A DNA stretch of 64,000 nt from Fibrobacteria bacterium (GCA_050294405.1 JBNKOC010000025.1:32001-96000), one strand, 5' to 3'; positions 51,214 to 61,181 are shown, counted from the stretch's first letter. Notes: generated by a model from the letters alone, not told the origin. Made by a program: numbers and translations.

Positions 51214-53028
51214 ATGGAGCTCACTAAAAAACTTCAAATTTTGTTGGAAAACAAGCAATTGCACATTATTGAAGAAGAGGTGGATCCCTATTTGGAAATG
51301 GCGGAAATTCAGCGCCAATGCCACGCTGAATCTGGTCCGGCACTTTGGTTTAAAAATATCAAGGGCTGCTCTTATTCAGCTGTTAGCAATTTATTTGGCA
51401 GTCAGGAAAGGCTGTCCCTTTTATTTGGGAAAAGTTTTCCAGCCTTAAAAACCCTTATTGAATTAAAAAAAGATCCCGCCTACGCTTTTGCCAATCCTTT
51501 GGAGCTTGCCCGGCTTCCAGGGGCGGCTTTAAATTTACTTCCAAAAAAAATTTCTCCCACGCCTTCAGTTTGGGAAGAGAAAAAAATAGAGGATTTACCC
51601 CAAATCGTTTCCTGGCCCGAAGATGGCGGGGCCTTTGTAACCTTGCCCCAGGTTTACACAGAAAGCCCGAGTAAACCCGGTTGGAAAAACTCCAATATGG
51701 GCATGTATCGCATACAATTGTCCGGGGGAGAATACATAGCTAATCAGGAAATTGGTTTGCATTACCAAATTCATAGGGGTATTGGTTTACATCATGCTGA
51801 AGCACTGGAAAAAGCTGAGGAGTTGAAGGTTAGTGTTTTTGTGGGCGGGCCTCCGGCCCATACCATGGCGGCTGTTATGCCCTTGCCCGAGGGTTTATCT
51901 GAATTGAGTTTTGCCGGTGCCTTAAATGGCAATAGGTTTAGGTATTATTACGAGGATGGTTTTTTAATCAGTGCGGATGCTGATTTTTGCATATTAGGAA
52001 CAATTTCCCTAAAAGATTTAAAGCCGGAAGGGCCTTTTGGAGATCATCTGGGTTATTATTCTTTAAAGCACGCTTTTCCATTTTTAAAAGTGCATAAGGT
52101 GCTCTGCAAACCCAAAGGCATATGGCTTTTTACGGTTGTGGGGCGTCCTCCTCAGGAGGACTCTTACTTTGGGAGCTTTATCCACCAATTAACATCTCCT
52201 TTGATTTCCAAAGAAATACCGGGGGTTAAGGAAGTTCATGCGGTAGATGAGGCTGGGGTCCATCCGCTTATGTTAGCTATCGCAAAAGAGCGATATGTGC
52301 CCTATGAAAAACGCCGGCCCATGGAAATTCTACGGGCTGCCAACGCAGTTTTGGGTTATGGACAATGCTCTCTTACCAAATACCTTTGGATTGCCGCCGC
52401 CGAAGATAATCCAAGTCTTTCCACCCACAATCTCAAAGAGTATTTCCAACATGTGTTGGAGCGCATTGATTTTAAAAAAGATTTACATTTTCAAACGCAA
52501 ACCACTATTGATACACTGGATTATACCGGCCACGGTTTGAATCAGGGTTCTAAATTAATACTGGCTGCTGCCGGGGAGCCGATACGCAGTTTAGGTCAAA
52601 AAGAAGATGTAACCATAAAATTGTCAGGCGGCTTTACAGGGCCTTATTTTGTTATGCCTGGCGTTTTAAGCGTAACAGGGCCTAAGTATGTTGATGCGAA
52701 TGCTTCGGCTTCAGATTTAACATCTCTTTCCAGGGAGTTTGAATCCTGGGAAAAAAGAGACCATTTTCCCTTAATTGTTTTATCAGATGACGGTGAATTT
52801 GCAGCCCAGAACCTGGCAAATTTTTTATGGGTTTGTTTTACGCGCTCCGATCCTGCTCAGGATGTAGACGGACTTAATTCTAAAATCATTAACAAACACT
52901 GGAGCTGCGAGTCTCCATTAATTATTGATGCACGCACAAAGCCTCATCACGCGCCAGCTCTTGTTTCAGATGAAAATACAGGGCAAAAAGTAAAAGATTT
53001 TTGGCTGCCAAAAATCTTGCGGAAATAA
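51214..53028 (+). CDS. UbiD-family prFMN-dependent decarboxylase
   Basis: N.FG...R, LP...SWP.DGG, N.GMYR.Q, PEGPFGDH.GYY, GRPPQED. Confidence 0.93.
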   Translation: MELTKKLQILLENKQLHIIEEEVDPYLEMAEIQRQCHAESGPALWFKNIKGCSYSAVSNLFGSQERLSLLFGKSFPALKTLIELKKDPAYAFANPLELARLPGAALNLLPKKISPTPSVWEEKKIEDLPQIVSWPEDGGAFVTLPQVYTESPSKPGWKNSNMGMYRIQLSGGEYIANQEIGLHYQIHRGIGLHHAEALEKAEELKVSVFVGGPPAHTMAAVMPLPEGLSELSFAGALNGNRFRYYYEDGFLISADADFCILGTISLKDLKPEGPFGDHLGYYSLKHAFPFLKVHKVLCKPKGIWLFTVVGRPPQEDSYFGSFIHQLTSPLISKEIPGVKEVHAVDEAGVHPLMLAIAKERYVPYEKRRPMEILRAANAVLGYGQCSLTKYLWIAAAEDNPSLSTHNLKEYFQHVLERIDFKKDLHFQTQTTIDTLDYTGHGLNQGSKLILAAAGEPIRSLGQKEDVTIKLSGGFTGPYFVMPGVLSVTGPKYVDANASASDLTSLSREFESWEKRDHFPLIVLSDDGEFAAQNLANFLWVCFTRSDPAQDVDGLNSKIINKHWSCESPLIIDARTKPHHAPALVSDENTGQKVKDFWLPKILRK

Positions 53029-53040
53029 CCTAGATTGGGT

Positions 53041-53721
53041 TTAGTCTTCTAAGTGGAAATGACCCAGCATTTCCATGATATTGAGTTGGTCCAAAATAAT
53101 TTCGTTGATTCCCTTAAGGGTTAATTTTCCCCCAGAGGCTTCAATTTCATTTTTAATATGGACCCATTCGTATATCCCTTTATCGTCCGCATAAATCAAA
53201 TCCGAAAGCTCAAAAAGAATGCTCTTAACTCCTTCTTTAATTTTGTTTTGGCAAACTTGATGTAAGAGCTCTACATCTGAGGGAGAGTCAATAGTTCCTG
53301 TAAGCTTTAATTGCCAGCTGCCATTATCCAGTTTTTTTTCTTCAATGTTTAATCCGAGTTCCAGGCTCGGATCTTCTTTTGAATTTGTGTCTCTGAATAG
53401 TTCAAAATCCATTTCTTCTTTAGTGGCAAAGGCGTTTAGATAATCCATTAAATTAATTTCCATCAATATTTTTTGGACGCTGGGTTTCAAATTAAACAGG
53501 TACATAGCGCCATCCAGAGCTGTTAATTCTTTTTGAGCTCGGACCAGCACTCCTATTCCCCGGCTATATATGTATCCGACCTGTTTCATGTCCAGGGCGA
53601 CTCTGGATATTTTTTTTTCTTTTAGGCTGGAGAGTTCTGTTTCGAGCTCTTCAACCAGAGCCCCATTAATGTCTCCATCCAATTGCAGGATTTCCGTATT
53701 ATTTTCGTTGTAAATGCGCAT
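53041..53721 (-). CDS. Tandem STAS-STAS anti-anti-sigma factor
   Basis: Two STAS repeats: LDM..V.YIYSRGIG.LV and FELSDL.YADDKGI. Confidence 0.85.
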   Translation of the reverse strand: MRIYNENNTEILQLDGDINGALVEELETELSSLKEKKISRVALDMKQVGYIYSRGIGVLVRAQKELTALDGAMYLFNLKPSVQKILMEINLMDYLNAFATKEEMDFELFRDTNSKEDPSLELGLNIEEKKLDNGSWQLKLTGTIDSPSDVELLHQVCQNKIKEGVKSILFELSDLIYADDKGIYEWVHIKNEIEASGGKLTLKGINEIILDQLNIMEMLGHFHLED

Positions 53722-53788
53722 TGCTACCCTCTAACTTTATCCAATTATTTTCTGGAATTCAAAAGGAAAATGAAAACAATCGGTTATT

Positions 53789-55411
53789 TTAAACAGATTG
53801 CGGAGATTTTCCTAATATTTTAGGGGTTTTTGCTTTACTCAGCCTGAGTATATTTCCGGAATTAAAAAATTCCAGGCTGTCAAAAACCCTTTCCAGGTAC
53901 TGCCGGGATTGTTTCCGGGAGTGGCTTAAAAGAGCCTCGATGGATTTATTTTTATCCTGCGTCAAAATTTGAGTGCCATCGGAAGCGTATAAGATAAAAT
54001 GAACCTTGTCTTTGCTTTCCATCCATAACATTTGCAGGTTGTGATGGGGCAGGCTTAATCCCTTTTGAAAGTTGTTCAAAGCGATAGTTAAGCTTATTCG
54101 AGCCTCTCTTAAAAATTTGGAAGTATAGCCCCTGAATTCCAATTGGGAAAATATTTTTTCCAAAGATTCGCCAAAATGAAGGGGCGACTCAAAAGGTTCA
54201 AAATTAATTTGGCAGTCATCCTCTATGTTGCAAATTTGTTTTACCTGGTGGCAGCTGGAAGCGGGGTTGATGTTCATGATAAGCAGGCTAAAGTCATCGG
54301 AGCGGCTTTGATCTTTAATGTATTGGTTTTGATCTTCCATTATGATTTTTACCAGGCTAGCGGCATCCAATTGATAGTTTTGTTCGATAATGGATTTTAG
54401 CCTTTCTATTCCATAATGTTGCGATTGGGTGTTTTTGCATTCCACCAGTCCGTCGGTAAAAAGCACTAAAATATCGCCCTGGTCAAGTTGCGCGGATTTA
54501 GTTTCATAGTGGCCTTTATCAAAAGTACCGATAAAAAAACCTTCGGTTTCTAATTCTTCGCATTTCCCTTTTTTGGACCGGTACAATAGTTGATTTATGT
54601 GCCCTGCTTTAGAATAACTAAAATGTCTGGTTTCAATATCATAATTGCAGAGAAAAGCGGTTAGATAATGTTCTGTGCGGATGATTTCATGGAATTCAGA
54701 ATTTATTTCTTCTAAAACCTCATGGAGCGCCTTTTCTTTTTTTAAGGCATTTTTAAAAGATATTTTTGCCATGGCGGTAATAAATGCCGCGGGAATTCCA
54801 TGGCCGCTTACATCAGAAACCAGAAGAGATAAACTAGAAGCATCGCGCTGAATAATGTCGTAATAATCGCCGCCCACCATTTCTGTGGCGGTATATATCG
54901 CAGCCAAACTTACGCCTTCCAGATAGGGAATGCGGTGGGGCAAGATGCTTTTTTGAACCTGACGGGCTACTTCCAAATCCGCTTCCATTTTTTGAGCGTA
55001 TTGCTGCACTTCTTTATACAGATTTTGAATTTTGAATTGGCTGGATATTCTGGCTGTTAGTTCCGACATTTCAAAAGGTTTGGTAATATAATCCACAGCC
55101 CCTAATTTTAAGGCTTCCAGCTTGGTTTCCATGTTCTCTTTTGCGGTGAGAATCAAAATGGGAATGCCCCGGGTTTTATCCGAAGATTGCAATTGGGCGC
55201 ATACTTCGTTGCCATCCATTTCTGGCATCATCATGTCCAATATTATAAGACCGGGACGATGTTCGTGGGCCATGTTAATGCCTATGGCCCCATTTTCAGC
55301 GGTTAGCACTTTGTAATTTAAATGGGACAAATTGATTTCCAAAATTTTTCGCAAGTCCGGTTCATCATCAATGACCAAAACGGTTCCGGCATTATCTTTT
55401 TGATGATTCAT
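53789..55411 (-). CDS. Receiver + PP2C (SpoIIE/RsbU) phosphatase + degenerate HATPase (RsbW-like) fusion
   Basis: REC: IDD, LDMMMP, LTA, KPF. PP2C: VGGDYYD, DVSGHG, FTDG, DD. C-terminal VFD.LEF..SGN.L.L.K. Confidence 0.9.
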   Translation of the reverse strand: MNHQKDNAGTVLVIDDEPDLRKILEINLSHLNYKVLTAENGAIGINMAHEHRPGLIILDMMMPEMDGNEVCAQLQSSDKTRGIPILILTAKENMETKLEALKLGAVDYITKPFEMSELTARISSQFKIQNLYKEVQQYAQKMEADLEVARQVQKSILPHRIPYLEGVSLAAIYTATEMVGGDYYDIIQRDASSLSLLVSDVSGHGIPAAFITAMAKISFKNALKKEKALHEVLEEINSEFHEIIRTEHYLTAFLCNYDIETRHFSYSKAGHINQLLYRSKKGKCEELETEGFFIGTFDKGHYETKSAQLDQGDILVLFTDGLVECKNTQSQHYGIERLKSIIEQNYQLDAASLVKIIMEDQNQYIKDQSRSDDFSLLIMNINPASSCHQVKQICNIEDDCQINFEPFESPLHFGESLEKIFSQLEFRGYTSKFLREARISLTIALNNFQKGLSLPHHNLQMLWMESKDKVHFILYASDGTQILTQDKNKSIEALLSHSRKQSRQYLERVFDSLEFFNSGNILRLSKAKTPKILGKSPQSV

Positions 55412-56586
55412 GCTTCATCCCAGGGTATTTGGAAAATCAAAGAGACGCCTTTTTGGCCTTTGTTTGTTTTAGCCCAAATTTTTCCACTATGGGATTCAAT
55501 GATGGCTCTACAAATAGGCAAACCAAGGCCTGTTCCGCCATATTTTCTGGTGGAACTGCTGTCCACTTGGGAGAACTTTTCAAATACGCTCTCCAGTTTT
55601 TCCAATGGAATTCCAATTCCATTATCTTTGATGCGTATTTCAATAACCTTGGCAGGGCTGGATTTTGTTTTTGCAGTTACATAAATTTCGCCCTCTTCGT
55701 TGGTAAATTTCAGTGCGTTATTTAAAAGGTTTTGCGTAACCTGTATTATTTTTTTCCCGTCTACAATAACATTAGGCAAGGCCGAATCAATGTCCCATTT
55801 TAATTGGATGTTTTTTTGACTGGCCAAAAATTTAAAGGACTGTATGGATTCTGTAATGAGAGGGGCAATGGATTGCTTCACCATATTCATTTTCATTTGG
55901 CCGCTGTTTAATTGGGAAAAATCCAAAAAGTCGGAAACAAGAGATTTTAACCTTTCCGCGTTTCGGCTGATAATATTTAAGAATTCCATCTGTTCTTCAT
56001 TCACAGGGCCAAGGGCCTGTTCCTGAAGGGTTCCCACAGCCCCTTTCATTACGGAAATGGGAGTGCGCAATTCATGGCTTATCATAGCCGTAAAATCGGA
56101 TTTTAGTTTGTCAAGTTCCCGTAGTTCAGTTTCTACCTTTTGCCCCTTTTCCAAGGCCTGTATGAGTTCCTGGGTTTTTAAATTAAAATGGTTGGATAAA
56201 AGTTCATTTCTTTGTTCCAGGCAATAAAACTTGTAGATACATTGCATTTTTACGGCGAACAATTCCATGTCATAGGGAGGCGCCATTACATCCACACAAT
56301 TGGGATATGCTTTTGCTAAGTCTGAAAAGGAAAGATTTGAATTTTCCTGAATCCAGATAAGGGGCGGAAGTTTTTGTGTTTTAAAAAAGTTGGCCAACCA
56401 CTTTAGCTGCTCGAGCTCGCCTTTGGCTACCACCAAGTTGCTTTTATCCTGAATGGTTTCTAATTCGTCCTTTTGAAATCCGCAGGAAGTAAAGTTCCAG
56501 TAGTTTTTTAAAAGCTGCTTTTCCCATACAGATTCTTCTTCTTCTTTGCTTACAAAGAGGATAAAAAAGGGCTCTTGGGGTATCAT
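55408..56586 (-). CDS. Histidine kinase with degenerate N-terminal receiver-like domain
   Basis: SHELRTP, NLLNNALKFT, DNGIGI, FEKF.Q, GGTGLGL; no TM segment. Confidence 0.93.
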   Translation of the reverse strand: MIPQEPFFILFVSKEEEESVWEKQLLKNYWNFTSCGFQKDELETIQDKSNLVVAKGELEQLKWLANFFKTQKLPPLIWIQENSNLSFSDLAKAYPNCVDVMAPPYDMELFAVKMQCIYKFYCLEQRNELLSNHFNLKTQELIQALEKGQKVETELRELDKLKSDFTAMISHELRTPISVMKGAVGTLQEQALGPVNEEQMEFLNIISRNAERLKSLVSDFLDFSQLNSGQMKMNMVKQSIAPLITESIQSFKFLASQKNIQLKWDIDSALPNVIVDGKKIIQVTQNLLNNALKFTNEEGEIYVTAKTKSSPAKVIEIRIKDNGIGIPLEKLESVFEKFSQVDSSSTRKYGGTGLGLPICRAIIESHSGKIWAKTNKGQKGVSLIFQIPWDEA

Positions 56587-56716
56587 TAAGGGAATTATAT
56601 CCCTTTCTGAGCTTATTTTCCTTGAATTTAGGGGAAAAATCAGATATTTGCGGAATTAAAGCTGGTCATTTTGATAAAATGGCTTATATGATAATATTGG
56701 AATTTGGGCAAAAATA

Positions 56717-57694
56717 ATGAAGGCTCAGTTTGTAAGATCCGTAAAAAAAGATCAAAAAATTTTCTCAGAAAATGACAGATCCAGAGATCTTTATTTTATC
56801 GAAAAGGGTTCTGTTCGAATTTTAAAAAATAAGGACGGAAAAAAAATGGAGTTGGCCTTGCTTAAAGAGGGCGCCATTTTTGGAGAGATGGCTCTTTTGG
56901 ATGGAAAGCCCCGGTCGGCATCAGCTGTTGCTAATGAAGATTGCCAGCTTACAGTGGTTTCTGAGCAGGAATTCAATAAGAAAATTGAAAATGTTCCCAA
57001 TTGGTATTTGTCCCTTATTAGAATAGCCAGTGAAAGATTGCGGCAGATTAATGATCAGCTGAATTTTGGCCATAGGCTACATAACATTGCAAACATAGCC
57101 CAATTGCTGGTGCTCATTATCAAGAAACATCAGTACAAAGTGGAATCTGAGTCTGAAGAAAGTAAGCAGGCTAAAATGGATTCCAAATTCGCCAAAACCG
57201 AAATCATGGAAATATTAGGGCTAAATAAAAACCCTATGAAAGAGGGTCTTGAGTTTCTGGAAAAAAAAGATTTAATCCTTATGTACGATAATGAACTTAC
57301 AATACACAATCCCGAAGAATTGCTGAACTACGCAAACTTTCTGCGAAATGTGAATTGGGATCATGAGTTTGTTTTAATGAACGACGAAATATTTGGTATG
57401 TTATCTAACCTTAAAACATTGCTAGTTTCGAAATTCGCAAAAAGCGACGTAGTGACTTTCAGTTACGCGAATTTTTTGGTGGAGTTGGAGAAAAATGTAA
57501 AAATTCCCGAGGGGAAAGAAACCTGGTTTTTGAATACCTCCCACCGCATGAGTATTGTGAAATTTATCCATTCCAATGGAACGGAGGCCAATTCCATTGA
57601 AAAACTGGATTCAGGTGGACAGCTTCGGTTTGATTCCACTTACTTAACCCAGGTTTTACAAGAAGAAATGTTTAAGCGCCTTGGGGTGGAATGA
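56717..57694 (+). CDS. Cyclic-nucleotide-binding (Crp/Fnr-like) protein with C-terminal extension
   Basis: G.V.I.K, FGEMALLDG.PRSASA; later HTH-like EILGL...L..L. Confidence 0.85.
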   Translation: MKAQFVRSVKKDQKIFSENDRSRDLYFIEKGSVRILKNKDGKKMELALLKEGAIFGEMALLDGKPRSASAVANEDCQLTVVSEQEFNKKIENVPNWYLSLIRIASERLRQINDQLNFGHRLHNIANIAQLLVLIIKKHQYKVESESEESKQAKMDSKFAKTEIMEILGLNKNPMKEGLEFLEKKDLILMYDNELTIHNPEELLNYANFLRNVNWDHEFVLMNDEIFGMLSNLKTLLVSKFAKSDVVTFSYANFLVELEKNVKIPEGKETWFLNTSHRMSIVKFIHSNGTEANSIEKLDSGGQLRFDSTYLTQVLQEEMFKRLGVE

Positions 57695-58773
57695 AACTTT
57701 TAACCCAATTTGCGCTAGCTTTGAGCTTTTGCCTTTTGCCAGGTTTGTGTTATGGGGTCGAAGTATGTGGCGAATTGGAAAACTCAGCAGATTGGGTAAA
57801 AAAAAATTCGCCCTACATTGTAACCAATGATTTGTACATACCCTTTAAATCCCGATTAAAGATAGAACCGGGGGTCGAGGTGATTTTTACCGAGCCCAGG
57901 CAATGTAAGTCCAATACCATTCAGTTTGATTGGGCGGACAGCCAATATGTTTCCATTAAAGTGGACGGGGCTTTGTATCTGGATGGGAGCGAAGAGGACC
58001 CCATTGTTTTTTCGGGAATTAAGAAAGGTAAAACCGTTTCCTGGGATGGGATTCGCATAGAAAATAAGTCTTCGGCTCTGGTGGAAATTAAGCATAGCAT
58101 TTTTCAAAACGCCCATAATGCTATACATGCGGTTAATTCAAATTTTCCGGTGCGCAATTGTTTATTTCAATATAACAATCACGGAATCTATTTGGATAAT
58201 GGAGGGAATCTTCAAATTATCAATAACAATTTTGTGGAAAATCGCAGCAGCGGCATCTTTATTAATGGGTCCTCGCCCATAGTTATTAATAACATTTTTT
58301 ATAAAAATATGAATTACGGCATATGGTCTGATTCCAGGCAAAATTTGGAAATCAATTACAATGGGTTTTGGGAAAATGCTGATGGCAATTGCCATCGCTG
58401 CGAAAATGGAATGCTTATAGCGGTAACACAAAATGCCCGTGGCGATTCAGCAGATGCCAATTACAACATCCAAATGGACCCTGTTTTTCAGGGGTCTAAA
58501 TCCTTCGCAGAACATCAAAAAAAAGACCTCAAAGTGGCGACTCCAATGGAGTCTGTGGCTGATAAAAAAATGGCCTTAATGGAAAAAGAAGCTATTCATA
58601 AACGTGGTGAAAAAGTGGCCGTATTCCAAAATTTTGGCAAAGGCCCTTATGTTTTGTCCAAATATTCTCCATATCGGGGGGCGGGGCATCCTAAAGAGGT
58701 ATTTAATAACCGAGATGGGACTCCAAACGATATTGGAATGTTTGGCGGACCTGTGGAGACCAATGGCCCTTAG
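57691..58773 (+). CDS. Secreted right-handed parallel beta-helix protein
   Basis: Signal peptide, W....SPY, L.IEPGV.V.F, WDGI, Asn-ladder N...GI repeats, DP.F, DG...DIG.FGG. Confidence 0.85.
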   Translation: MKLLTQFALALSFCLLPGLCYGVEVCGELENSADWVKKNSPYIVTNDLYIPFKSRLKIEPGVEVIFTEPRQCKSNTIQFDWADSQYVSIKVDGALYLDGSEEDPIVFSGIKKGKTVSWDGIRIENKSSALVEIKHSIFQNAHNAIHAVNSNFPVRNCLFQYNNHGIYLDNGGNLQIINNNFVENRSSGIFINGSSPIVINNIFYKNMNYGIWSDSRQNLEINYNGFWENADGNCHRCENGMLIAVTQNARGDSADANYNIQMDPVFQGSKSFAEHQKKDLKVATPMESVADKKMALMEKEAIHKRGEKVAVFQNFGKGPYVLSKYSPYRGAGHPKEVFNNRDGTPNDIGMFGGPVETNGP

Positions 58774-59552
58774 TTTAGTTTAAGCTCTACTGCCAATTTT
58801 TCGCATTTTTCAATATCCTCTTTATCATTCAGTTGAAATGGCTTTCGGGGTTGCAGTTGCTGGCATTCCCTTAATAATTTAGCTGCATTTTTTTTATCTC
58901 CCTCCTCGTATAGAGCTTCGGCCAAATAGCTATAACTAAGGGGGTTTTCTTTATCTAGCGCAATGGAGTTTTGCAAATGTTTTATTGCTTCCTTATTAGA
59001 TGGCCAACTTAATATAAAAGGGATGTATGGAGCTTCGAAATGGACTCTTCCCAGAACCCGATGCCCTCGCGCCTTCATCTTTGAGGAAGGCATGGTGATT
59101 AATTTTTCGCATAGACTTTTTAATTTATCGGCAACTCCGGCTTTGGCTGCCGCCAGGACTCCATAAATCTGAGCCCAACTGCCCAAGGCAGCGCAATACC
59201 AATAAATAACCTCTCCACTGGAAGGATATTTATCCAATACTTTTTCAATTGTATTTTTTGCTTCAAGATACAATTCCTTTTTAGAGTTCTTTTCCATACT
59301 AGTGTGGTTGCCTTTTAATAATGCTGCCCGCACAAACCCCACCGCAGCTGAGGTGTCCAATGGGGTCGTTTTTAATGCTGTCCGGAATAAATCTAGGGCG
59401 GTATCTAAGCTTTTTGGGTTTTCCCCAAGAGAAATATCTTCGGATAATAGCTTGTGAAAAAGCTCCCAACCCTGTTCTTGAGGGAGGGTTTTAAGGGGAA
59501 CCTCTGCCCAGAGCCACTGAAAGCCCAATAGAATAAGTATCAATCTTAGCAT
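58770..59552 (-). CDS. Secreted TPR-like helical repeat protein
   Basis: Signal peptide; helical repeats (A...L..SI.LD..NP..Y.YLAE.L...G). Confidence 0.7.
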   Translation of the reverse strand: MLRLILILLGFQWLWAEVPLKTLPQEQGWELFHKLLSEDISLGENPKSLDTALDLFRTALKTTPLDTSAAVGFVRAALLKGNHTSMEKNSKKELYLEAKNTIEKVLDKYPSSGEVIYWYCAALGSWAQIYGVLAAAKAGVADKLKSLCEKLITMPSSKMKARGHRVLGRVHFEAPYIPFILSWPSNKEAIKHLQNSIALDKENPLSYSYLAEALYEEGDKKNAAKLLRECQQLQPRKPFQLNDKEDIEKCEKLAVELKLN

Positions 59553-59807
59553 ATTTACCTTTGGTTGGATTCCAAATTAATTTTCAATTAGCAACAAGGC
59601 AAGAAATCTCCAACATCAGTTTGATAACAAACTGCATAGTAAATTTCAAATTGATTTCAATCAATTAACCAAATAAAGTGTCGAAATAGGGTTGGCTACA
59701 GATGTATATGATAAATACAAAAAAAAGGAAAAAAAACTTGGCATTTAAAAAATTAGCTGTGATAAAATTTCTTTAAAATCAATTTTTTTTTATAGGAAGA
59801 AACAATC

Positions 59808-61163
59808 ATGAAAGAGTTAACGGAATTAAACATCAGAAAATGGGAATTCCAGATTTTTGTAATAGTGGGGGTGGCTCTCATAGCATCCTTTTATGCGCTG
59901 AGTCTGGCAGTGCAAAAAACCGGGGCTTTAAATAAGGCTGCGCTTCAGGAGGCAGTGTGGTCTTACAAATCAGGGCTCGAAAAAACAAAGTCAGATTTTA
60001 TCGGGAATGGGATATTAGGTCCCTGGAAAGTCCAGGGTTTTAATATTCCAGAATTAAATGATCTGGCGTTAAGTAATTCAGCCTTGATTAATAAATACCA
60101 AGCAAAAGCTGAGGAAAATTACAATACGGCAATTTCAGCCTATGGAGAAATGCAGGCTGCTTTTTCACTTGTGGATTTATCCAACACTCAGCTTTTAGAT
60201 TTTTTAGCTTATCAATTTCCAGGGCAATTAGAAAATAACCGACTTCAGGAATTACAACTTTTTGTATCGCAATTGCCCGGAATGCTTATTTTACCCAGTT
60301 GGGAAGGAAGCGTAGAGAAAATGAATGCCTCCCTGTTGGATATTGCTGAAAGCTATGGGCAATTGGCGGCTCGCTATCGTATTTCAGATAAAAATAGTTT
60401 TTTGAATTTATTTAATGAACATGTAGGTGATTTGCAAAATGCCCTGGATTCCAAAGAAAACTTTGTAGCCAAGCGGGAGCGTTTGCAAAACATATTTGCC
60501 CATTCCCAAGAGCTGTTATCAGAAACAATTCTCAGCGAAAACGAACTTGCCCAGAACAAGGCGGACTTTGCGCGCAATTTTGCCCATATATTAATTGTGG
60601 TATTGGTTTGCGGGGTGTTTTTGTTGGCGAAGCCCAAATTTTTTCTTACACCTTACGAATGGCAAAAACGGGAACTGTTGCTGGAAAACCTTTCCCGCCA
60701 TGAAGCCAATGTAAATCATATACTGACTGCCGCAGATAAAACTTATAACGAAACTCAGGCGGAGGCCCATGTATTGCAAGAAGTATTGGACATATCTCGG
60801 AAAATAAACCGAAAACTTTTCCGGTTGGAAAGGGAGTACCAATATTTTAAAAAGGAAGAAGTCCATGACTTAGGCCTGGTCAGGCAAAATATGGAACGGT
60901 TGCTCCATTTGGGCGGAGTTGAGGTTCATAAGGAAGATTTGGCCCATATTATGAAGGACTTCAATAACATGGAATCTCAATTTGAAAAGCACAGCCATCG
61001 TGCAGAACGGGATGTCAAGGATTTAGATGGACTTATGTCTCAGTTTAAAGGTGATTTAGTGCAATTGGAGAGTTCTGTGCAGCAATTGATTAAATCCACC
61101 TATTTTTTGAAAAGAGAAACCACTGCCATGAAGGATGTGGAAGGAATTATGCGCAACGGATAA
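59808..61163 (+). CDS. Two-TM membrane protein with helical extracytoplasmic region and cytoplasmic coiled coil
   Basis: Hydrophobic segments near aa 13-33 and about 255-275; heptad-rich C-terminus. Confidence 0.65.
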   Translation: MKELTELNIRKWEFQIFVIVGVALIASFYALSLAVQKTGALNKAALQEAVWSYKSGLEKTKSDFIGNGILGPWKVQGFNIPELNDLALSNSALINKYQAKAEENYNTAISAYGEMQAAFSLVDLSNTQLLDFLAYQFPGQLENNRLQELQLFVSQLPGMLILPSWEGSVEKMNASLLDIAESYGQLAARYRISDKNSFLNLFNEHVGDLQNALDSKENFVAKRERLQNIFAHSQELLSETILSENELAQNKADFARNFAHILIVVLVCGVFLLAKPKFFLTPYEWQKRELLLENLSRHEANVNHILTAADKTYNETQAEAHVLQEVLDISRKINRKLFRLEREYQYFKKEEVHDLGLVRQNMERLLHLGGVEVHKEDLAHIMKDFNNMESQFEKHSHRAERDVKDLDGLMSQFKGDLVQLESSVQQLIKSTYFLKRETTAMKDVEGIMRNG

Positions 61164-61181
61164 GGAATGAGAAAAGGCAAG

